NCBI GenBank assembly: GCA_965140935.1
Contig: CBCSLL010001219.1
Span: forward strand, 1 to 39,926
DNA length: 39,926 nucleotides
Direction: 5' to 3'
Origin: Rotaria magnacalcarata
Lineage: Eukaryota
Part shown: piece by piece, positions 12,097 through 22,200 of the stretch
Layout of the letters: each line of letters begins with the position of its first letter
Position numbering within the stretch: the stretch's first letter is position 1
Notes under the pieces: model-generated
The model's database searches: none
What the model saw: only the letters and a program-made list of their open reading frames with translations
Told to the model about the DNA's origin: nothing
Program-made: the position numbers and the translations under genes

Positions 12097-12146
12097 CTAA
12101 AAAAAAATTAAAGGTCATATCTCTATAATAAATCTTACGATCTTAC

Positions 12147-12255
12147 CGAGCGAGTTAAAACCTAGTGCGCGTAAGTATTGTTCTAGGCCATCGAAAATAT
12201 CAACATTGACATGAAGTATATCAGCTAAATCTTTATTCAACGTAAATGAACCGTC
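12147..12255 (-). CDS. exon (DGSFTLNKDLADILHVNVDIFDGLEQYLRALGFNSL; the DGSW-type motif of the PARP4/VWA5A C-terminal region)
   Basis: Acceptor catag and donor gtaaga. 63-nt intron upstream, phase consistent. Confidence 0.5.
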
Positions 12256-12318
12256 CTATGTTCGAATCAAATGCAAAACAATGATTTGGTAATAAGACTT
12301 GAAAATAGTATCAATTAC

Positions 12319-12410
12319 CTCAGATTGAATTTTGATGAGCTCTTCAGTTAACGTTTTTGAAAATCGAACATTTTTCAGTTGAATGAGAAGTGGAGCACCA
12401 ATTGTTTGAC
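12319..12410 (-). CDS. exon (GQTIGAPLLIQLKNVRFSKTLTEELIKIQSE)
   Basis: Acceptor gaattcag and donor gtaatt. The reading phase matches the phase-1 end of the Hsp70-SBD exon at 12670. Confidence 0.45.
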
Positions 12411-12669
12411 CTGAATTCATACACCATTTTCGCTATATCTTTCAAACAACAACGAAGGACAAATTACCGAATGATGTTATAAGTTCACCGGAAAAGTCAC
12501 GTATTACAGATGTAATTTGGCCAGCCAGCTGAGAAAAACAGAAAAAGTGAACAATCGAACTATGAAAAGATGACATAATACGAACTAAATACAATCGATC
12601 ATTGGGTTTGTGATCATGAACTACAAAATAACAATAATTGAACATCATTTATCCTTTTTACACACTAAC

Positions 12670-12741
12670 CAGATTTAGCTGCAACATTTGCATCACTTTC
12701 TACATATGCAATATGTCGCTCAATATCATTTTTGCTCAATC
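12670..12741 (-). CDS. Hsp70-family substrate-binding-domain gene, exon 5 ([24 protein letters not shown])
   Basis: Matches Hsp70 GRLSKEEIERMV.EAEKYKAED. Donor GTTAGT at 12668-12669. Acceptor tatctag after the 58-nt intron 12742-12799. Confidence 0.7.
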
Positions 12742-12799
12742 CTAGATAAATATAAAAGGCATTTAGCGATGGTATGAAATATCTGAGTAATTGTCGAAC

Positions 12800-12968
12800 T
12801 TTGCTGATCAGATCCAAGAATAAACGAAGCTTTCGCGCCCGAACGTGCTTCTTCAGCATCGACATGAAGTATCCCATTAGCATCGATATCCATACGAATA
12901 GCTATTTCGAGTGTCTGAGCAGAGAAGTTGCTTGTTAGACCAGAAAGACTAAACTCGCCCAATAATCT
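12800..12968 (-). CDS. Hsp70-SBD gene, exon 4 ([11 protein letters not shown]...[37 protein letters not shown])
   Basis: Near-canonical Hsp70 SBD-beta: [50 protein letters not shown]. Exon length 169 = 56 codons + 1. Confidence 0.8.
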
Positions 12969-13022
12969 CTGCAATAGAGGACGATTAGAAAATAAAATTT
13001 ATGAAGTTAGAACACTATATAC

Positions 13023-13269
13023 ATTGTATTTTGTGAGATAATGTTCACCTTCAAATATTCGAATGGTAGCTGTTGTCTGATAGGCATAAGCATTTGTGAA
13101 TATAGGATAAAGTTGAGTTCGCGTTGGAATAACTGTATTACGGCGTACCAATGTATGCATCTCACCCTTAATATCTTCGATGCCCAGACCAAGTGGGCAT
13201 ACATCCAGAAGAAGTAGATTACAGACAGATATGTTGGACGTTAAATTAAGTGCAAATTGTCTTCGAAAT
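13023..13269 (-). CDS. Hsp70-SBD gene, exon 3 (FRRQFALNLTSNISVCNLLLLDVCPLGLGIEDIKGEMHTLVRRNTVIPTRTQLYPIFTNAYAYQTTATIRIFEGEHYLTKYN)
   Basis: LLLLDVCPLGLGIE matches the Hsp70 inter-domain linker plus SBD start, DLLLLDVAPLSLGIET. 54-nt intron 12969-13022 (gtatat..tgcag). Confidence 0.8.
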
Positions 13270-13372
13270 CTAAATTTTCATTTCGTTATCATTAAAAAGA
13301 AAGAGCCATCGATCGAAAATGACAATCAATAACGAATCATTGCATATCCTCGTCAAGCCTTTTAAAACTCAC

Positions 13373-13464
13373 GTCTCTAATTCTCTTGTCTGTTTACAAA
13401 TCGTGGATTTTGGTTGCGCACTTTCACGTGCAAAGTCTATCGTTCTATCGTCATATCGGTGCTC
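13373..13464 (-). CDS. Hsp70-SBD gene, exon 2 (EHRYDDRTIDFARESAQPKSTICKQTRELET); no Hsp70 ATPase motifs
   Basis: Donor GTGAGT. 103-nt intron 13270-13372 ending aatttag. Confidence 0.55.
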
Positions 13465-13512
13465 CTAAAATTGGATGATGTTTCTGTAAAACTTGCATTT
13501 TAATGTACGTAC

Positions 13513-13644
13513 TTTAGTGTATCGAACTGATTTTTTCGTTGACATATTCGCTTCTTCCGAGCTTTTTGATTCACTTGTAGCAACTTGTATGCTATCGTGT
13601 CTACCACCAAATGACGACATTTCTAAAGATGGTTCTATGTTCAT
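13513..13644 (-). CDS. Hsp70-SBD gene, putative first exon (MNIEPSLEMSSFGGRHDSIQVATSESKSSEEANMSTKKSVRYTK)
   Basis: ATG at 13642-13644 preceded by an in-frame TAA. Donor GTACGT, 48-nt intron 13465-13512, acceptor ttttag. No Hsp70 nucleotide-binding-domain motif (DLGGGTFD, GIDLGTT) found in any minus-strand frame up to ~14750. Confidence 0.5.
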
Positions 13645-14339
13645 GATCCATTAATTAAAGTAATCGAGAAATTTATGTGGTTCTAACTTACCAACACTTG
13701 GGTTCGGTTTTAATGCTATTGGAGATGGCATATAGCTGTCATTAGTGCAGGATGATAGTGTTCGACATGATATGTCTGGTGACAGTGGCTTGGGAAAAGA
13801 AAGAGAAGCCCATGCAGAAGTATCAGTGATAAGGCCGTAAAAATCGAATGGTTCTGCCAATTCAACGCCTAACATGGATAGCAAATCAGAACGTAGCATG
13901 TTTAACATGCACAGCTGACAACAAACTAATAAGGGTGCCGCACTTTGATAGCTCAATTTCTTACCATCGTTCTTTCTACTCCAGCAAAAGTATTTAAGAG
14001 AGTGCGAATGTAAGGGTAGATATACGTAACAGGAAGATTCACCGTTATTCACATTCATGTAAAGGTAATTTTCTGAACTTGTAAACTTCAGACTTTCGTT
14101 AGGGAAAGGTTAGCAATAATATGAATAAGAACACGAATATTACTTATCAGTGACAGTAGTCGAAACATAACATTTCTAACTTTTAATTACTTTTTGTAAA
14201 CTCGATGGAGTCTCAGTAACTCTGAATTTAAAATATCGGGCAAAAATCACTAAAACTCAATCAAATTCATAAATTGCTGTTTTCTTCTCGGAAATAAGTG
14301 TACAACATTCGGAACTCTTGATCGTATACAAACAACCTA

Positions 14340-14760
14340 TTATTCAAATCTTACTTGATTGTTTTGGAGGCGGTTCGAGTGATAGCCCTGATAGTGGCGC
14401 AGACAATGACCCTATAACGAATATAATGTAATAAGCTTGATAATAATGATGATCTTACCTCTCTTCTTCTTTCCTGCCAGTTTGTTATAAACAGTAGATA
14501 TTGGTACCGGTTGATCTTCTAATTTCGAAAATATATTAAGACCAGTCGGTTCTTTTAAGCGTTCATTTCCATTATCTAGAGTGGTCTTCCAAGTGGGAAA
14601 ATCATGACTCATCGGCGAAGGCCCACGAGTGTCTGTAAACCGAAGCGAAGGTAAATCGCCACTGAAACTATTGCCATCGCCAGCGTCAGTGCCCTTGCCC
14701 TTATCTGAATCAGCCTTTTCATATTCCTCTAATGATTCTTGTTGCAAACCACTTATTTTC
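14340..14760 (-). other. exon-like open segments (Ser/Gly/Pro-rich) bounded by GT/AG sites; gene unassigned
   Basis: ...LAGKKKR|gtaaga...ttatag|GSLSAPLSGLSLEPPPKQS|gtaaga. No family recognised. Confidence 0.25.
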
Positions 14761-15089
14761 GATCGGAATTCTGGTAGTTGCCATGCTAAAAAATACTACT
14801 GTCTAGAGAAGTGACACATAAAGTATTCATTTTTAATAAAAAACCAAACCATTACATCAAATTAATTACTCTTCCTCGCTGACTACAGCTGCAATAAACT
14901 ATAAAACATTATCACAGATACTCCAGTGCTAAATTAAATGTCTACATCATGCCAATCTACAAATCTCATATGTCAAAAAACAATTCGATATAAGAATAAT
15001 CCATATATGTCCCTGAAAAAATAGTTGAAGCTGATATTTTGAATATATTATCATGCTAAAAGTATATTTGTAAAAAGCCCACAATGGTT

Positions 15090-15350
15090 TCGACCCATGG
15101 CTCTTTCTTCAAAATTTATGGTCCTTTCACTGCATTTTTTGACCTATTCCTAGATATTTATTAAAAAAATCAAATTAAGCAAGTTCGATCTGAAACTTTC
15201 ACGATATTCTAAGAGTTCTTAGACTAATCCGTGGGCAAAGTTTCAGATCGAAATTGCTTAATTTTATCTTTTTAGTGCATACCTAGGAATAGGTCAAAAT
15301 TTCACTAAAAGGGGTATAACTTTTCAAAAGCCATGAACCAAAGCGCTTTT
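15090..15350. repeat. MITE-like imperfect palindrome (foldback)
   Basis: Nested inverted repeats: attaagcaagttcgatctgaaactttc / gaaagtttcagatcgaaattgcttaat, and tgacctattcctag / ctaggaataggtca. Confidence 0.6.
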
Positions 15351-16130
15351 GAGATTTTTACTACCGCTATATACTCTATCAAATGAGATATGAATGGTAC
15401 TTACGTGGATTATGTTCAATTTTTCCTTCTTCGAAGTCATCTGAGAAAACAGTTTTCTGAAAACTGCTAGAAGGCATCAAGATGGTGGAAAATAGGCTAA
15501 CTTGACTATGTTTTATAATTCAGATGAAATCTATCTGTGGTTTCCTGTATCTTGATGCATATCTTTTTTTTAATTTTGAGCTATTTTTGAACTGAAATGA
15601 AACAGCTAGTCGTTTAGCTCTACTTGAATTTCTCTCAGTTTCGCTTCGGTTCAAAATTTACGAACTCAAGCCATGGCCATCTCTGCTTCAAATATGCACA
15701 CAATTCTTTTCTCGGTCTTGCTATAAAACTGCGTTAAAGTGGAGTTTTTTTTATTAATGGAATCCCCATGTTGAATGTTACTTTCACAATAACTTATTCT
15801 CCCGTATTCACAACCAAACATATTCGTGTTTCGCTAACTGAAAACAATTACCGGATTTATGATGTAAGAGTCCTCAATAGGTACCTGACAGTAAGCAGGC
15901 AAAGGCACATATATCTATAAATAAGATGCTTTATGTTTACGCTAGTGAAACGTCGCTGCGAAATTGTCGTTTGTTTTTTCCTGAAGACGTTTCAGCAACT
16001 GAAATTTCAAACAGCCGCAATCTTATTCGTCAGAACTCCAACACTGAAAACCCGTAATTGGTTTAGATTCCAAGCTGGAATACTCTGATTGGACGAACGC
16101 TAGTCATCGAAGAAACCTGTACATTGTTCT

Positions 16131-16236
16131 TTAAATAGATCTTTGTTTGATCTTACCTCCATCAATATCAGCTTCTCGAATCATTTGATCAACTTCTTCA
16201 TCAGTGAGTTTCTCACCCAAACTTGTCATCACATTA
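16131..16236 (-). CDS. calmodulin-like gene, exon with EF-hand 4 region ([27 protein letters not shown]...)
   Basis: Matches calmodulin [28 protein letters not shown]. The donor gtaaga at 16155-16156 suggests a further downstream exon. If unspliced, the reading frame ends [12 protein letters not shown] at 16131. Confidence 0.7.
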
Positions 16237-16287
16237 CTTTTAAAGAAGAAGCAGAATAAGTATATTTTTATGTTAGTTTTTTCCTTA

Positions 16288-16539
<252 letters not shown>

Positions 16540-16709
16540 TTATAAGTGTGAGCGTCTATGTTGAATTAAAAGATAGAATTTTTTTTCTTCTTAAAATGAT
16601 CAAAACGCATAAACCAAGTCAGAGGAAAAGGGTACATAAGGGCCGATTTTGGATCATTGCCATTTTTCGTTCATTCATGGTTTATCTGATGGAAAATTTT
16701 TGACGATTC

Positions 16710-17522
16710 TGCTCACACAAAAATGAAGTGGTTTTGGCACATTTGGACCCGTTTTCTACTAGAAATATTGAGTTCATTTTCTACAGTAAAAGTGCACAAT
16801 TCGTACGTGATTCGTTGACCCCTACGAAGTTTTGTGGACAATATTATTATGAAATGAAAATCCTATCAATTAATTGTTTACTATCAGTTTAATCTCTGAT
16901 AAAAATTTCTGGCCATTCCTTCTTACTCTTTTTGCTATATCACGAGACAGAAGAAAAACAGCATGGGTTTTTAATTGATTCTGAAAGTCTGGGAGATAAG
17001 CTACAAAATCATATGTTTTTCAATTATTTTAGCAATGAATTTTGATTACTAGTGTACTCTAAGTTCAGTTAAACCTAATTTCTAGTATTTGTATTGGATT
17101 ATCTGGGAGATTCTGATCATAAAAGGTGGCACGTCCATCAAAATTAATTACAGATTTGGAATCAGCGTTGTCAGTTATCTAGTTCAGTATATCTTTCATA
17201 CTTCCGTTTTAAAATGTTTTTTTTTCGTCGGATATTGACATGAGGAAGCTCAAAAACGAGAATTCTTTTAAAACACAATCTTCCATTATGATTATGATCT
17301 CCATCGTCTCCATGAATTCCATCTCTGATCAAGAATTCGTTTTGTGTGGTAAATTCCTCTCTCTTTCAATCTGTATCTTGACGAAAAATGCATATTGTTT
17401 TCTTCTCTCTTGAGATATTGCAAAAAAAGAGTAAGAAGGAATGACCAGAAAGCTTTATCACAGATTGAACTGATAGTAAACGGGTCCAAATGTGTCAAAA
17501 CCACTTCATTTTGGTGTGAACA
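16710..17522. mobile_element. ~0.8-kb non-autonomous TIR element (MITE-like) inside the calmodulin intron
   Basis: 16710-16762 tgctcacacaaaaatgaagtggttttggcacatttggacccgttt pairs with revcomp of 17471-17522, tgttcacaccaaaatgaagtggttttgacacatttggacccgttt. That is a ~45-bp TIR with 3 mismatches. No coding capacity between the TIRs. Confidence 0.65.
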
Positions 17523-17637
17523 GAATTGGTATAAAATTCTGCATCACATAAACCATGAATTGATGAAAACTGCCAATAACCCAAAGTCCACCGTTGTGGG
17601 CCACCATTCTGTACTATTTGATTGGTTAAAAACTTAC

Positions 17638-17715
17638 CATCGGCGTCAACGTCATTGATCATATCTTGCAATTCAGCTTCAGTTGGATTTTGACCAAGAC
17701 TACGCATCACCGTAC
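17638..17715 (-). CDS. calmodulin-like gene, exon ([25 protein letters not shown])
   Basis: Identical in pattern to calmodulin 27-56. Acceptor cactag, donor gtaagt. The 1207-nt intron to the next exon contains the TIR element. Confidence 0.9.
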
Positions 17716-17766
17716 CTAGTGAATATTTAGGTAGATACATATCTAAAAAACTGAAGAATTTCATAC

Positions 17767-17863
17767 CAAATTCTTTTATTGTAATTGTTCCATCACCATC
17801 TTTGTCAAATAGAGAAAAAGCTTCTTTAAATTCGGCAATTTGTTCTTCTGTCAATTGATCAGC
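17767..17863 (-). CDS. calmodulin-like gene, exon ([32 protein letters not shown])
   Basis: Calmodulin residues 2-33 ([32 protein letters not shown]). Preceded by the acceptor ttttag, as in calmodulin genes with an intron right after the initiator codon. Confidence 0.9.
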
Positions 17864-18005
17864 CTAAAATGAATAATACTTAGGGGTACACAAAAGTTTT
17901 TCTATGCCGTTTCATCCCTATTCAACTGATATCATAATAATAAAATTTCAACAGGAATTGTTGTTATTGAAAATTTAACAAATACTTAAAGCAGATTAAA
18001 TTGAA

Positions 18006-18062
18006 GGTGTGGATGTGGGTGTCGGCATGCGCTGAAAAAGACATACCCACACCCACACCCCA
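18006..18062. repeat. telomere-repeat-like hairpin
   Basis: ggtgtggatgtgggtgtcgg - 20-nt spacer containing gcatgc - cccacacccacacccc. Confidence 0.75.
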
Positions 18063-18822
18063 TTCCTATTTGATTTATTATGCTTATAGTCCGGAAGACC
18101 TTGTATCAGCAAGGAATCAATAGATCTCTTAAAAGAAGTTGATTGTTTCTCTATAGAGACATGTTGTGAAGTCTCTTCTTTCGAAATACATACATCTTGT
18201 ATTTATATCAATCAAAGCCATCCTTTTCTTAATAAACTGTTCCTTTTTCCCTTTCAAATATTTACACCAGTTTTGAGAAAAACCATCAGATTTTTATATA
18301 AGATTACCCTGAATAAAGCTCAATTTTGCTTTTAATCACTAAATCATGTTACTTCACAGATCAATAATTACATCTAAGCACTATCAATGCTGCCTTTTAT
18401 TTAATATTATCCTGAAACATGTGTATTTTGTAGCGAAAGATTTATCTGACGTCAATATAGATTCTTTGTTGATTTTGGCACCACCCACGAATCGCCCGCA
18501 GTTTGATGTTTTGTGCTCTATTGTTTACCATACTCTTTCTACAACAACGGCTTAGCATCGGAATCAATATCAACTCAGCTGCATAAAGTATTTTGGAGAT
18601 ACGTTTACTGCGAACGAAAGACCCTTATAGGAAAATTTGTTTGCCAGTCAAGGTGTAGCTGTGGTGATGATCCCTCTTTCACTCACGCACCTTTATCTTC
18701 ATGTTATCTGTAGTTGGAAATTGGTTTTAAGGTATTGTTGAGAGGTTTTATGTTGCTGTTGATATAAATAATTCATCAATAAAATCGGGTGCTCATCATC
18801 ATTGTATAACTAGCTTTCTTAC

Positions 18823-18884
18823 CTTATCCATTTGTTCAACTGTTGTTAAATCCTTGGAATCAGCTCCAAGCATACGAATCAAAT
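18823..18884 (-). CDS. candidate upstream exon (DLIRMLGADSKDLTTVEQMDK), phase-compatible with the calmodulin exon at 17863
   Basis: Acceptor ttttcatag and donor gtaaga; phase 0 at the donor. Assignment to the calmodulin-like gene is inferred only. Confidence 0.3.
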
Positions 18885-19287
18885 CTATGAAAATGAAATA
18901 TAAACATTTCTCTGAAAACCACCTACACGTTTTCAACGCGGTATTCATTGTGATGATCTTAACATGTTCTACTCAGTATAGGTCGGGGTTTAAATTTAGA
19001 CTATATAATTCTTTCAAAACATCCAAGTGGTTCCATTTAATGTCACTTCACCGAAGCTTTCTACCACCGTTTCCGAAGTAGAATGACCGAGTTTCCTTCT
19101 TACCATCGTATTTAATTAATGATCCGCTGCAAGAGAAAGGATACACGAAATAATTTTTAAATGTTTCTTTCCTTTCTTTCACTTACAATTCGTCATTTGT
19201 GATTATTAAATTGTTCGCTAGACATTGTTGCTGTAATGCTTGCCGTTCTTCTACGGTTGCACTAATCATTTCGGTCATTATATCTAT

Positions 19288-22200
19288 TCATTTTTTAAAT
19301 TCGATATATGTAGATTTTGGTCCTAGATCAATTAGCATACCCTTTTGCATTTTATCTTTTAGTTCATCTGCTTTATCGTAATCATTCAATGAATGTCGAT
19401 ATGTGCGTATGATAGCCATCATGATAGCAAATTTCGCATCACCACCTGCTCGATAGGAAACTTTTTGACAAAGTTTTTCAATATCAACAATTGTTTCTTT
19501 TTTGCCCTGAATCGATGCACATTCCAGTGAAATACGCGCATCGGCCAATTTCTGTTTGATTGAAGTCAAATTTGAAACATCACCATCCCATCCCATGCAT
19601 GGTAGTAAGTCAACATCGCGTTCCAGCATAACTTCAAGCAAACGAACACCTATAACAGAGAGTACATGTTTCAATAGTGATGTAGATACTTCAATTTTGG
19701 TGCTAGTAAGATTTTTGATCCATAGTGTAAGAAACATACAGATAAATTTTTGCTTTTCTGCTATTATTTTACTAACCTGGTTGAACAGTTTTTATATCCG
19801 TGTTGACATCACGTTCTTCGATGGCAACAAAACTAGTGTATTTACTGACAACAGAATGTTTGATGCTGAGATCGATGAGATCTCGTTTGTATTGAACTTT
19901 GATCAATTCGTTTTCGCTCTCGTCGACATCCAATAGCCCGTTGTCATAATCATCAATAATCGCTCGAGTGGTTAGACAGTGTAAAATACGTCCTCTGGTC
20001 GTTGTCATTGCACTACTAAATACAGTCGTAACAAATTCTTGTTCGTCAATAGTAGCCGCCAATGTTGCCTTGTGACAATTTTCTATGAATCGATAAACAG
20101 TAAGTCGCATTCCATTGAACAAAGATCGAATCATTTTCGGTGCTTGCATATTGAGTTTTTGCTCTTTATTCAAACAGCCATGCCAGTCGATTGATATATT
20201 TGTAACACACGGTTGTCGAATCTGTTCGAGGATGTTAAATACTTTTGTTTTCCACTTCGATCGATAGTTTGAATCGAATACTATTGTTAGACCACCTCCA
20301 TTTGCTCCATTAGCTAACTGTTTCAAAACATGTTTGTTTGCAACGTTACCAATTGAGCATGTAAACAAACGATCACGACGCATAGTTGGTCGATGTTTGA
20401 GTAGAGCCAGAATTGAATTGAGGTCGTGAATATGTCCATCGGATAAAAGAACGATTTGACGGCCAAATTTCGACGATAACGACGATCGTAATAACGAATA
20501 ACGTTGAAGGACAGCAAATAGATCCGTATTACCACGATGGACACGTGAATGCTAGAATTTATGAAAACGGATATTTCAATAGAAAAATCAGATTCAAAAA
20601 AATAAACTACTAACTAGAACAAAGTGTTTGGCTTTATCGAGATTTTCTTTTGTAGTTGGTGCTGACATAGGAAAACATTCATCGTTATCTAAATAGTTGC
20701 AATTTCAATAGTAAAATAAATGTAGATCCTAATACTATATGTACTTCAAAAAGTAACTAGGCTGATTACGATGACCCAGCCTAATTATCTAGACTGATCA
20801 TTTTTTTAGCCCGTAAAATTCTCTATCGAACGGTATATATCACGTCGCATGGGTCAAGGCGATCCATTAGATCTTCGTGACTGTGCAAAATCTTGTAATA
20901 TTTAGGTGCCTGTTTCTGAATCTCAGAAACCAAGCTGAGATAGCTTACCTTTGTGTATGACTTAATATACTTCACTATAATATTTCAATTGATTTTCATA
21001 ATATAGTACTAGAGGACCAAAAAGTGCGTCCACGTAACCTGGATAGGCCAATGTTCCCATAGAGAAAACGAAGGCAATAATGACATTTTTTAGTATAACT
21101 CACTGCGAATCATTGTCATCCTCGAACTTGCTCGAAATATTGATGAGACGATTCTGTGTGCGAAATTTCATCAAAATCAAATGATATTTTGAAAGAGTTA
21201 TAGTGTTTTGAATGCGCAATAACGCTGTAGAATATCATCTTATTACCTGATCCAAAAGTAATTACATTAAAATATGTATTCTCATCTTCAACTTTCAAAT
21301 TCGTAAGAAACAAATGAGCTAACTGTTTAGCTTGCTGTACGTGACTGCCATCCATTGAATTTGATAGATCAACAATGAAAATAATTTCAACTTGTTCTTT
21401 CGAAGTCGTCAATGTTTCGAATCGTGGATAAAAGGTAAGCATACATGTTTGAGATTGATGGCTGTTCGATGTGTCAGTTGTTTCACTGTTGTCATCCAAT
21501 GGCAATGTTTCATTTGCTATTCGCGGTAAATTAGGACTGTTGAGTGTGATCGAAAGAATAAAATCTTGATCAATTAAGACATTATCAACAAGTTCAATCA
21601 TAGCTATACAATCGGTTACTTTCCGACGTAGATGATGTGTTGGGGAAAATAATTTCGTTATTTTATAGGGCATTCGAATCGATGCTTTGAAACTGAATTC
21701 AACTTTTTCATCGACAATACCGATAGATCGTAAAATCGATTGATCTTTGGTTTCGACAGCTTTTTTCGATTGCCATGAAGTCATTTTGGTTGGAAGGCGA
21801 AAAATAATGTCATCATTTTCGATTTCTAATTCGGCAACATAAATTATTTTGATGATAACTTCAGTATGCGCTGGCAAATTACCAACCGCAACGCTGAACA
21901 CTTGAGCTTCTTCTTGATGCATTAAATAGGCGCCATGACCCTTTTCAATTGCTTCTCTATACTCGCGTTTGGCTTGTTCTTTCTCTTTAACGACACCTTT
22001 GATAACTTTATTGTTAATATGTGCTTCGAAACCGCATACAGTTGAATTTTCATCAAGAGGAAACACATACTTAGCTTCGATAGGTATCGAACTTGTATTA
22101 TGATAGACTTGATAGAGAACAACCTTTTCATTTGATAGAAACATGAGGAATTAGTATTTTACTTCAATCGAAACGTAGATATAATTACTTCAACTGTAAC

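Noticed and set aside
16131-16160. Reading the calmodulin fourth EF-hand straight through the donor ([12 protein letters not shown])
   Set aside because: The loop would lack the conserved -Z glutamate. The GTAAGA donor exactly at DIDGG| argues for another exon I could not find. Left open rather than calling a pseudogene.
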